Positions 36,497 to 46,561 of a DNA stretch of 64,000 bases are shown piece after piece. The stretch comes from Acidobacteriaceae bacterium. Its GTDB lineage: Bacteria; Acidobacteriota; Terriglobia; Terriglobales; Acidobacteriaceae. Within the stretch, counting starts at the first letter, position 1. The number at the start of each line of letters is the position of its first letter. The notes beneath the pieces were generated by a model that searched no databases, had not been told where the DNA came from, and worked only from the letters and a program-made list of their open reading frames with translations. The position numbers and the translations under genes were made by a program. The stretch spans positions 67,730 to 131,729 of the forward strand of contig JANXUR010000051.1 of assembly GCA_025356095.1 (NCBI GenBank). Reading direction: 5' to 3'.

Positions 36497-37584
36497 TGCT
36501 CGCCGGACCCCTTGCCATCATCGCCGAAGTAACCCACCGCTGCCCCTTGCGGTGTGTCTATTGCTCAAACCCCTTGGAATTGAAAAGCCGCGAAAGCGAA
36601 CTGAGTACAGCAGACTGGCTGCGAGTGTTTGAAGAGGCAGCGGCTCTTAAAGCGCTCCACGTTCACCTTACGGGTGGCGAACCGCTCGCCCGGCTGGATT
36701 TAGAGCAACTGCTAGCCGGAGCCCACCAAGCTGGCCTGTATACCAACCTAATTACCTCTGGTATTCCGCTGACCGGCGAACGCTTGGCCAGGCTGGTCGC
36801 GGCGGGGCTCGACCACATCCAGCTGAGCTTTCAGGCGGATGAGTCGGAACTAGCCCAAGAGATCGCCGGACGCGATGCGCTAGGGGCTAAGCTCAAATTG
36901 GTGAAAGAAATCCACGCGCAAAACATCGCTTTTACGGCGAACTTGGTCGTGCACCGCCGTAACTTAGATCGGCTCGACTCTATGCTGAGCTTCATCGAGG
37001 CGCTACAGCCGCAGCGTATTGAAATCGCTCACGTGCAGTACTACGGATGGGCTTTCGCAAACCGCGCCGGCTTGCTGCCTACCCGTGCGCAACTAGAGCT
37101 TGCCCAGCAGCGGGTAGCCGAAGCAGTGCAGCGTACGCACGGCCGCATCCGCATTGACTATGTGGTGCCCGACTACTATGCGCGCTTCCCCAAGGCCTGC
37201 ATGGGGGGCTGGGGCCAACGCATGATGCTGATTACACCCGATGGCAAGGCGCTGCCCTGCCATGCAGCAGAGATTCTCCCCGGCCTAGAATTTGCCAATG
37301 TCCGCGATCACGCTCTCTCCTGGATATGGCAAGAATCAGAAGGCTTTCGCAAGTATCGCGGCGAGGATTGGATGCAGGAGCCGTGCCGCACTTGCGAACA
37401 CCGTAGTCAGGACTTTGGCGGCTGCCGCTGCCAGGCGTTTGTAGTAGCAGGAAACGCGAGCGCTGCGGATCCAGTATGCCATCTGTCTCCGGAACGCGCG
37501 CTGGTGGATACCCTGCTGCGTCAGGTGGGGAACAACAACCCGGAACTGGTTCCGCTCTGGACCTACCGCATAAATCCATCCTAA
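36496..37584 (+). CDS. pqqE: PQQ biosynthesis radical SAM/SPASM enzyme
   Basis: 362-aa ORF with the radical SAM motif CPLRCVYCSNP and a C-terminal SPASM Cys cluster (CRTCEHRSQDFGGCRCQA). Confidence 0.93.
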   Translation: MLAGPLAIIAEVTHRCPLRCVYCSNPLELKSRESELSTADWLRVFEEAAALKALHVHLTGGEPLARLDLEQLLAGAHQAGLYTNLITSGIPLTGERLARLVAAGLDHIQLSFQADESELAQEIAGRDALGAKLKLVKEIHAQNIAFTANLVVHRRNLDRLDSMLSFIEALQPQRIEIAHVQYYGWAFANRAGLLPTRAQLELAQQRVAEAVQRTHGRIRIDYVVPDYYARFPKACMGGWGQRMMLITPDGKALPCHAAEILPGLEFANVRDHALSWIWQESEGFRKYRGEDWMQEPCRTCEHRSQDFGGCRCQAFVVAGNASAADPVCHLSPERALVDTLLRQVGNNNPELVPLWTYRINPS

Positions 37585-37652
37585 GCAGGATATTGATTCC
37601 GTCGGCACACGCTCCGTCCCTACTACGCTCCGTCCCTACCGCCAATAGAAAA

Positions 37653-37674
37653 AGCGGGGGAAGGTTCCCCCGCT
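37653..37674 (-). terminator. intrinsic terminator of the 131-aa gene (may also stop pqqE read-through)
   Basis: agcggggga-aggt-tcccccgct forms a 9-bp stem. On the minus strand it is followed by TTTTTC. Confidence 0.75.
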
Positions 37675-37714
37675 CTAAATCACTGCGCAGCCGGAAGTGC
37701 AAGGCGTTGCGGAA

Positions 37715-38110
37715 CTATCCTTTGGCAGCGCGGAATTTGGCCCAACGAGCCTTCTGTGCCGCGGCAATCTTGCGGCGGGCAGCCGGAGTCATCGTGCGCT
37801 TACCAGCCTTGGCCGGAGCGGCGGCGGTGGCGGTAGCTGCCGGAGCCGAGCCCTTGGTGCGGGCCCAACGGGCCTTCTGTGCCGCGGCAATGCGGGCGCG
37901 AGCGTCCGGGGACATAGTACGCTTGGCCTTCTTAACCTTCTTGCCTTTTGCAGCAGGAGCAGCGGCAGCAGCTACCGACGCGGTAGCGGCAACTGGCTTA
38001 CCAGCCATGCGAGTAATGACGGTAATCGCTGAATTAATACCATCCAAATGCTTCTGTGCCTGATCGCGCTCGGCTTCCAACTGGCTCAATGCAGAATGCA
38101 AACTTGACAT
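37715..38110 (-). CDS. hypothetical basic protein with coiled-coil N-terminus, Ala/Lys/Pro-rich linkers and a duplicated basic motif
   Basis: 131-aa ORF with GGGAGA 7 nt upstream of the ATG. It carries two copies of the motif KRTMSPDARARIAAAQKARWARTKG / KRTMTPAARRKIAAAQKARWAKFRAAKG. Confidence 0.75.
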   Translation of the reverse strand: MSSLHSALSQLEAERDQAQKHLDGINSAITVITRMAGKPVAATASVAAAAAPAAKGKKVKKAKRTMSPDARARIAAAQKARWARTKGSAPAATATAAAPAKAGKRTMTPAARRKIAAAQKARWAKFRAAKG

Positions 38111-38712
38111 ATGACATCTCCCTAGGGTCTGAGGTAAACAACTCTCCTAAATCTGTTTTACAGTATTACACCTTTTTCAAATCTGTGCGTAACTGGGTTC
38201 GACATAACCTGCCAGCGGGACTCAAGAGTTGCACACCTTTGCTGCCGCTTTGGCAACCGCCCTAACTGCCCACCTAGCCCTCCGTAACCAACCTTGCCAC
38301 TTGATTTCGCCGCTGAGAGTGAACTCACTCTTAGCGCCCTGCGGCACGCTAAGTTGGTCGCTCGGGGGAATTGAATGTAGAAGATGTGCAGTCATTTCAT
38401 CCGGGCGGAGTCACATCCCAAGACCACATTCTCCAGAACCATACGACGGGTAAGCCGGGCAAGTCTCAATACCGAGGAAACTGGTTCGGCATCACGGTCA
38501 TAAATGCTACGTCGTACCACTTTGCCACTTTGGATCAGAGGATATTCAAGATACGTCACACGTTTTCAACTTCACACTCCCCCAAATTCTTGCGCTGTTT
38601 GCCACATACGGCTTCGGGACTGATAGGACCGGTGCTCACACGGCCTCTAACCGCGTGGTCACCGCGGGCTGTTCCACAGTCGTCACTTCATATCCGACAC
38701 CGGGGATCCGAG

Positions 38713-38934
38713 ATGAAGCTGAAAGTAGTAATCATCCTAGTAGTGGGAGCGGGGTTAATTCTGGGAGCTTTAAATATGATGGGGTTCAGGCTGAGATTCG
38801 GTAAGGACAAGCGTCATACTCAGGGCAGCGCTCAGGCTGCATCTGGGGCCTTTGATCGAGAGTTGTGCCGACCGGGAGAAGAAGCACGCTGCTGCACATC
38901 GGGCGGGTCGCTTCAAGCCTCGGGTTGGCCTTAA
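38713..38934 (+). CDS. possible small membrane protein (73 aa)
   Basis: Internal ATG of track ORF 38371..38934. Only the part MKLKVVIILVVGAGLILGALNMMGF... looks protein-like. There is no good RBS and no family. Confidence 0.2.
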   Translation: MKLKVVIILVVGAGLILGALNMMGFRLRFGKDKRHTQGSAQAASGAFDRELCRPGEEARCCTSGGSLQASGWP

Positions 38935-39793
38935 GTATCCCGTGTGCTATTTTGGTCGGAATGCTTCGTTCTAACCCGGTACTCGCTCAAGTCGGAGGCT
39001 TTAAGATTATTGCCGCCACGACGATTGGGGTTACAATCTTTACCGTGATCAATACAGCGGGCATTTCATCGTTTATCGGCGGGTGGCCGATGCAAGCCTA
39101 GGGCTGGCTTGAGTGGGGCGCAGGATGTTGGGTGTGGCATGTTCGATGTTAGTGGCAGGTTGTTCGAATTTGTCCCGGCAAGTATAGCTGTCTGCTGAGA
39201 ACTAGCATGGCCTCGACGACAATCTCGTGCGCTTCGCCGCGCGACTGCGAGTACACCGCGCGGATAGTCTACCGACTCGGCCACCCCGCGGGCCTACTGT
39301 CGGCAACTTTAGCGTTTCCCGCAAAGCTTGGTGGGTATGCGGTATGTACGCAAATCGGCCCGCAGGCTATTCGCCAGCGGGCCGGGTTCGGGTGGACTGT
39401 TGGGATTGACCTGAGGCGTCGCGCTGCGCGAAACCTGCGGCAAACCTCTCGGGTGGTTTCCGCCAGCCAGTTTTGCAACTGGGGCCGGAAGTTGTTAGTA
39501 CTCACCGAGCGTTCGGCGAGATGCTAGAGCGGACGCGCTCTAAGCCTCAGTCACCTCACTGACAGATCTACTACACCATCCACTACAGGAACATTCCATA
39601 TATGGATCATCCTCCTTTCCCAGCGTGAGCAGAGAATACCGCTAGAGGGAATCGCGCGTCAATGGGCTTTGCAGGTGGTAGGTAACTTTGGTTTCGCGTG
39701 GGGAAAAGAACCGGGGAGCCGAGGGGCATTGCTCAGATGGGGATTCTCTGCTGCGGTCAGAAACGCAGGCCTGTAGAAGGTGCATGGCCGAAG

Positions 39794-40408
39794 CTAACCC
39801 TTCCAGCGGAAGGCTTCGGCCTGAGGCAGGCCGAGGTGCTGCATCACGCGATGGGCAAATTCCCGGGCCAGATCGTCGAGCGAGGCTGCGCCAAAATAGT
39901 AGGCGGGGATGAGCGGAAAAATGGTTGCGCCCGCTTCGGCGGCGAGCGTCATATTTCGCAGGTGGATGCGGTTGAGCGGCGTCTCGCGCGCGCACAGCAC
40001 GAGCCGGCGTCGCTCCTTCAGCATCACGTCGGCGGCGCGCTCGATGAGGTTGCTGGCCATGCCGTTGGCAATACGGGCCAGCGTGCCCATGCTGCATGGC
40101 AGCACCACCATAGCGTCCGCCTGATAAGAGCCGCTGGCGACGTTGGCGCCGATATCGGCGTTAGCCTGCTGGCGGACTTTTGCAGAAGGTGTGCCCAGCA
40201 GTTGTTCCACCAGATTGCTGCGACCGGTGAGCGCGAGTTCTTCGGCTATCACGCGCAGGGCGCTGTCTGAGGCGATGAGGTTCACAGCAACGACGCGCGA
40301 GTCGGCGTCGGCCATGCGCAGCAGATGGCGCAGAAAGATGGCTCCGCTGGCTCCGGTGGTGGCAATGGTCAGGTTGGTGGGTAGAGTCTGCATACAAGTC
40401 TGTCTCAT
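39794..40408 (-). CDS. ubiX: UbiX-family flavin prenyltransferase
   Basis: 204-aa ORF. TTGASGAIF..., MVVLPCSMGTLARIANGMASNLIERAADVMLKERRRLVL..RETPL and AGATIFPLIPAYY are typical of UbiX/Pad1. Confidence 0.9.
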   Translation of the reverse strand: MRQTCMQTLPTNLTIATTGASGAIFLRHLLRMADADSRVVAVNLIASDSALRVIAEELALTGRSNLVEQLLGTPSAKVRQQANADIGANVASGSYQADAMVVLPCSMGTLARIANGMASNLIERAADVMLKERRRLVLCARETPLNRIHLRNMTLAAEAGATIFPLIPAYYFGAASLDDLAREFAHRVMQHLGLPQAEAFRWKG

Positions 40409-40604
40409 GAAATTATTGCACCTTTCCGGGGCAGGGCCGATTCACGGCGTGCTACAAGCGAGATGCAGGCAAGCTAGGGGCGGAATAGCGATCGCTTTCG
40501 CGATATATTCAGTGGTCTACCTGAAGCAGGAACTGCGCTGGAATCATCTAGTGAGCTTTGCGATGATAGTAGGCGCAGCTTTTATGGTGACGAAAAAGTG
40601 GTAA
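40407..40604 (+). pseudogene. C-terminal remnant of a DUF486/DMT-like small membrane protein
   Basis: Only the last ~35 aa ([33 protein letters not shown]) resemble the conserved C-terminus of DUF486 proteins, which are about 110 aa. The upstream part is non-homologous and abuts ubiX. Confidence 0.5.
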
Positions 40605-40614
40605 GAGAGCGGGG

Positions 40615-41406
40615 TTGGAAGTGAAGCCAGCAGAGCTAAAGAAGCTGTTTCAGCAAGTGCGCAAGGGCGAGGTGTCGCCGGACGACGCCGTGGCCAAACT
40701 ACGCCACATGCCGTTTGAGGACCTCGGCTTTGCCAAGGTGGACCATCACCGGGCGCTGCGGGTGGGTATGCCGGAGGTGATCTTTGGCCCAGGTAAAGAG
40801 CCGGCGCATCTGGCGGAGATATTCCTGCGGCTGGCCGAGCGCGGCAACAATGTGCTGGCTACACGGGCGACCGAGGAGCAGTTTCGCGCGGTGAAGCGCA
40901 AGGTCAAGCACGCAGAGTATCGCAAGCTGGCGCGAGCCATCACGCTCACGCAGTCACCCAGCGGCGGCGATGCCGAGTCCGCCAGCGCCAACCCAGGTGC
41001 CAAGCCGGGCAAGGGGACGATCCTGGTGGTGTCGGCGGGTACCAGCGATATTCCGGTGGCGGAGGAAGCGGTCGTCACCGCCGAGTTGATGGGCAATGAT
41101 GTGACGCATTTGTATGACGTTGGCGTGGCTGGTCTGCATCGCCTGCTGGCGCATGGTGAGCAGTTGCAGCAGGCCCGCGTGGTGATTGTCTGCGCCGGGA
41201 TGGAGGGTGCGCTGCCCAGCGTGGTCGGCGGGTTGGTCGGCGTGCCAGTGATCGCCGTGCCGACCAGCGTGGGCTACGGTGCGTCTTTCGGCGGGGTCGC
41301 GGCGTTGCTGGGGATGATGAACTCATGCGCGTCGAACGTGAGCGTGGTGAATATTGATAACGGATTTGGCGCGGGATACGTTGCGTCGTTAATGAACCGA
41401 CTGTAG
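40615..41406 (+). CDS. larB: nickel-pincer cofactor biosynthesis protein LarB (PurE-like carboxylase/hydrolase)
   Basis: 263-aa ORF. The N-terminal [23 protein letters not shown] is followed by a PurE-like core, [17 protein letters not shown]...[33 protein letters not shown]. Confidence 0.85.
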   Translation: MEVKPAELKKLFQQVRKGEVSPDDAVAKLRHMPFEDLGFAKVDHHRALRVGMPEVIFGPGKEPAHLAEIFLRLAERGNNVLATRATEEQFRAVKRKVKHAEYRKLARAITLTQSPSGGDAESASANPGAKPGKGTILVVSAGTSDIPVAEEAVVTAELMGNDVTHLYDVGVAGLHRLLAHGEQLQQARVVIVCAGMEGALPSVVGGLVGVPVIAVPTSVGYGASFGGVAALLGMMNSCASNVSVVNIDNGFGAGYVASLMNRL

Positions 41407-41520
41407 GGGCGTAACGGGGTTTGTTGACGGTGGCTTTCGCCCTTGGCCGCCAAGTACGCGGGCAAGGCTGGGCAGCCGGGGGTGCTGAAGTGCTAGGATT
41501 TTGCAGGACACCTTCGAGAT

Positions 41521-41550
41521 ACTTAGAGACACTTAGAGACACTTAGAGAC
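41521..41550. repeat. three perfect tandem copies of the 10-mer acttagagac, 8 nt upstream of the rapZ start
   Basis: Read directly (41521-30, 41531-40, 41541-50). The preceding 10 nt (ccttcgagat) form a degenerate fourth copy. Confidence 0.9.
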
Positions 41551-41558
41551 ACCAAAAC

Positions 41559-42575
41559 ATGCCTGAGAAGATGCCGAAAAAAGTCGCTGCCAGTACGCCC
41601 AGCGCCAAGAAGCCGGCATCAAGCGGCGCGCGCGCGAAGTCGCCAGCCAAGGCTGCGCCGCGCCTGAAGAGCAAGAAGCCCGCAACCTCTACCAAGCTCG
41701 CCAAACCCGCAAAATCACTGGGCAACGCGCAACTGGTGGTCATCACCGGCATGAGCGGCTCGGGCAAAGCGTCTGTGCTCAAGGCCTTTGAAGACCTTGG
41801 CTACTACTGCGTGGACAATCTGCCGCTGGGGCTGTTCCAGAGTTTTGCCGACATATTGCTGCGCGCCGGCGAGATTGAGCGTGCCGCGCTCGTTGCCGAC
41901 GTACGCGAAGGTTCCCAACTTAAGCAGATGCCGGGCATTATCCGCTCACTCAAGCGGCAGTTGCCGACGACGGTGGCCTTTTTGGAAGCCAGCGACCATG
42001 TGCTGCTGCGGCGATTCAGCGAGACCCGGCGGCCGCATCCGCTGGGCAAGACGGCCACCGTGCAGTCTTCGCTGCGCGATGAGCGCAAGCAGCTTGCTGC
42101 GATTCGTGAACTGGCTGACTTCGTCATTGATACCTCCAAGCTGAACGTTCACGAACTACGCGCGCACGTGACGGAGCGCTTTCAGCGCGGCTCGGAACAG
42201 ACCAGTATTCTGGTGAGCTGTGTTAGTTTTGGCTTTAAGCATGGGGTGCCACCCGATGCGGATCTGGTCTTCGACGTGCGTTTTTTGCCGAATCCGCATT
42301 TTGTGCCGGAGTTTCGCCCGCTCACCGGGCGCGACCCCAAAGTCGCCAAGTACATTTGGTCTTTTCCGCAGACGCAAGAATTTTTGGCGCGCATAGGCGA
42401 CATGCTCATCTACCTGCTGCCGCATTACGTGCGTGAGGGCAAAAGCTATTTGACCATTGCTTTCGGCTGCACCGGCGGCCAACATCGGTCGGTGATGATG
42501 GCCGAAGCCGCCGCCAAGCAACTGCAAAAGGCTGGCTACCGCGTGAAGGTCGAGCATCGTGATATGCCGCGTTAG
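41559..42575 (+). CDS. rapZ: RNase adapter protein RapZ (YvcJ family) with a Lys/Ala/Pro-rich N-terminal extension
   Basis: 338-aa ORF with P-loop VVITGMSGSGKASVLKAFEDLGYYCVDNLP and a C-terminal CTGGQHRS motif. The first ~55 aa are low complexity (KKVAASTPSAKKPASSGARAKSPAKAAPRLKSKKPATSTKLAKPAKS). Confidence 0.9.
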   Translation: MPEKMPKKVAASTPSAKKPASSGARAKSPAKAAPRLKSKKPATSTKLAKPAKSLGNAQLVVITGMSGSGKASVLKAFEDLGYYCVDNLPLGLFQSFADILLRAGEIERAALVADVREGSQLKQMPGIIRSLKRQLPTTVAFLEASDHVLLRRFSETRRPHPLGKTATVQSSLRDERKQLAAIRELADFVIDTSKLNVHELRAHVTERFQRGSEQTSILVSCVSFGFKHGVPPDADLVFDVRFLPNPHFVPEFRPLTGRDPKVAKYIWSFPQTQEFLARIGDMLIYLLPHYVREGKSYLTIAFGCTGGQHRSVMMAEAAAKQLQKAGYRVKVEHRDMPR

Positions 42576-42720
42576 GACGGTTGCCGGGTAGGCGGATTTG
42601 ACTCGCTGCCCGTCCGACGCAGCGATGAACCAGATAGAATAATAGTTTGATTACCCCTACTCCAATTTTGTCTCGAATGGCGCATTCCCGCGCTTTAATG
42701 GCCTACGCACGGGTGCGCCC

Positions 42721-44565
<1,845 letters not shown>

Positions 44566-44619
44566 CCTGAACTCTGTGGCCGAATCCGGTAGAATGCCCG
44601 CAACAGGAAAGCTGCCCCG

Positions 44620-45537
44620 ATGCCAACCACTAATATCCGCTCGATGACTGGGTTCGCTGCCGTGAAGGGGGAAACCTCTGGCGGCGGCTTCACGCTTTCG
44701 CTCAAGTCGGTCAACCACCGATTTCTCGATCTGCACTTCCGCATGCCCAATGACCGGGATGCGCTGGAGCTTTCGATTCGGCGCGTGCTCAAAGAAAAGC
44801 TGTCGCGCGGCCATGTGGATGTAACCCTGAGTCTGGGACGCAAAGACGAGCGCGCCGCGACGTTGAACCGCGAATTGGTGGGGAACTACGTGAGCGCATT
44901 TCGCGCCGCCGCGGGTGAGTTTGCGCTGACCGGCGAGCCAGACCTGAACGCTATTTTGCGCTTGCCGGGCGTAATGGAAGGCGCGTCGGTGGAATTGGGC
45001 GAGGACTTTGACCCGGCCGTGATGGCCGCGCTGGAGCAAGCAATTACGCAGCTCAACGAAATGCGTTTGCTGGAAGGTACAAACACCGGAGCAGAGTTGA
45101 AAATGAGGATGGGCCGGCTGCAAAAGGCAGCCGATGGAGTCGCGGCTCATCGCTCGGCCGTGGTAAAGGCCTACATGGAAAAGATCAGCGGACGCATGTT
45201 CGAGCTGCTAAGCCGGGCAAATTCCGGCAATGGCGGCAGCGGCGTGAATCAAGATCGCCTGATGCAAGAAGCCGCTCTGCTGGCCGACCGGAGCGACATT
45301 CAAGAAGAGATTCAGCGCATGAGCGCACACATTCAACACTTTCTCGGCGTGCTCGATGAAGGTGGCGAGGCTGGCAAGAAGCTCGACTTCCTGCTGCAAG
45401 AGATGAATCGCGAGGCCAACACGCTGCTCTCCAAGACCTCAGGTTTAGCGGGCGAGGCGCTCACCATCACCGAGCTTGGTCTGGCGATGAAGGCGGAGAT
45501 TGAGAAGTCACGTGAACAGGTGCAGAACATCGAATGA
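44620..45537 (+). CDS. yicC: YicC-family protein
   Basis: 305-aa ORF with the N-terminus IRSMTGFAAV...LKSVNHRFLDLHFRMP and the C-terminus LLQEMNREANTLLSK. Confidence 0.9.
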   Translation: MPTTNIRSMTGFAAVKGETSGGGFTLSLKSVNHRFLDLHFRMPNDRDALELSIRRVLKEKLSRGHVDVTLSLGRKDERAATLNRELVGNYVSAFRAAAGEFALTGEPDLNAILRLPGVMEGASVELGEDFDPAVMAALEQAITQLNEMRLLEGTNTGAELKMRMGRLQKAADGVAAHRSAVVKAYMEKISGRMFELLSRANSGNGGSGVNQDRLMQEAALLADRSDIQEEIQRMSAHIQHFLGVLDEGGEAGKKLDFLLQEMNREANTLLSKTSGLAGEALTITELGLAMKAEIEKSREQVQNIE

Positions 45538-46277
45538 GCGGACTTCTCTTCATTATTTCCGCGCCATCCGGGTCCGGCAAGTCCACGCTCGTCAATGAGC
45601 TGCGCAAGGTGGTGCCGGGGCTGGAGTTTTCCATCAGCTACACCACGCGCGCGCCGCGCGGCAGTGAGCGCCACGGCACCGAATACTTTTTTGTGGATCG
45701 CGCGGAGTTCGAGCGCATGATGGCTAACGATGCATTTCTGGAACATGCAGACGTTTTTGGTAACTACTACGGCACAGCGCGGCACTTTTTGGAAGATGCC
45801 GGACAGCGCGGCAACGACCTGATTCTGGATATTGACGTGCAAGGTGCCGCCCAAGTGAAGCAACGCAAGCCCGATGCGGCCAGTATTTTTATACTGCCTC
45901 CGGACCGCAAGACGCTGGAGTGGCGCTTGCGCAATCGTGCGCAGGATCAAGAAGAGGTCATCCAGCGCAGGCTGGCCGAGGCACGCGGCGAGATTGAGAA
46001 TTATCGCGGCTACGACTATATTCTGGTGAATGACCGACTGGAAGAGAGCACCGAAGCCTTGCAGGCGATTGTGGCGGCGGAGCGACTGAAGCGGGCAGAA
46101 GTTGAAAATCTGCCCGCCGACCCCGAGGCTCAGGCTTGCGTCGCAGCAGCAAAGTCCAGTTTGCGAGACAATATGGATGGACGGGTACAGTCCATCTTGG
46201 CCTCGTTCGCGAAGCCTGAACAGATAATGCAGCCAACACAACTAACGGATCGCAACCCCAAGGAGCGGAACGTATGA
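45534..46277 (+). CDS. gmk: guanylate kinase with a ~50-aa C-terminal extension
   Basis: 247-aa ORF with P-loop ISAPSGSGKSTLV and the motif YTTRAPRGSERHGTEYFFV. It overlaps the yicC stop and the rpoZ start by 4 nt each. Confidence 0.92.
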   Translation: MSGLLFIISAPSGSGKSTLVNELRKVVPGLEFSISYTTRAPRGSERHGTEYFFVDRAEFERMMANDAFLEHADVFGNYYGTARHFLEDAGQRGNDLILDIDVQGAAQVKQRKPDAASIFILPPDRKTLEWRLRNRAQDQEEVIQRRLAEARGEIENYRGYDYILVNDRLEESTEALQAIVAAERLKRAEVENLPADPEAQACVAAAKSSLRDNMDGRVQSILASFAKPEQIMQPTQLTDRNPKERNV

Positions 46278-46516
46278 AGCTGATGGATGGCTTTGACAGC
46301 AATTACCGGTTCGTACTGGTCGCGGCGCGCCGCGCCCGGCAGTTGCAGGGTGGTGCCAAGCCCGGCATTAGTGCACGCTCCACCAAGGCTTGCCGCGTAG
46401 CTCAGGATGAAGTCGCTGCCGGCAAGGTACAGTGGGAAATTCCGGTGCTAGTGGTGCCCGCACTGGAGCCGCCAATGGAATTGTTCGGCGACGCTATTGT
46501 CGCGGGCGCGGAATAG
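46274..46516 (+). CDS. rpoZ: RNA polymerase omega subunit
   Basis: 80-aa ORF. NYRFVLVAARRARQL is the omega signature, and gmk-rpoZ synteny supports the call. Confidence 0.88.
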   Translation: MKLMDGFDSNYRFVLVAARRARQLQGGAKPGISARSTKACRVAQDEVAAGKVQWEIPVLVVPALEPPMELFGDAIVAGAE

Positions 46517-46561
46517 CACCGAACGCAGCAACCGCGGTGAAGCAACCGCAGTGAAACAGCC

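Noticed and set aside
38371-38712. First 114 aa of the 187-aa plus-strand ORF
   Set aside because: The sequence does not look protein-like (His/Thr/Ser/Pro-rich, no RBS). Only the C-terminal hydrophobic part was kept, as a low-confidence feature.
39545-39625. 19-aa Cys-rich peptide (MECSCSGWCSRSVSEVTEA) downstream of an AAGGAGG box on the minus strand, a possible RiPP precursor
   Set aside because: It is too short and lacks any neighbouring maturation genes. The SD-to-ATG spacing of about 11 nt is poor. It is mentioned only as part of the low-GC region.
39698-40604. 190-aa and 153-aa plus-strand ORFs overlapping ubiX
   Set aside because: They are antisense to ubiX, which has clear flavin prenyltransferase motifs. 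Only the last ~35 codons of 40143..40604 show real homology (DUF486), and those are reported as a pseudogene remnant.
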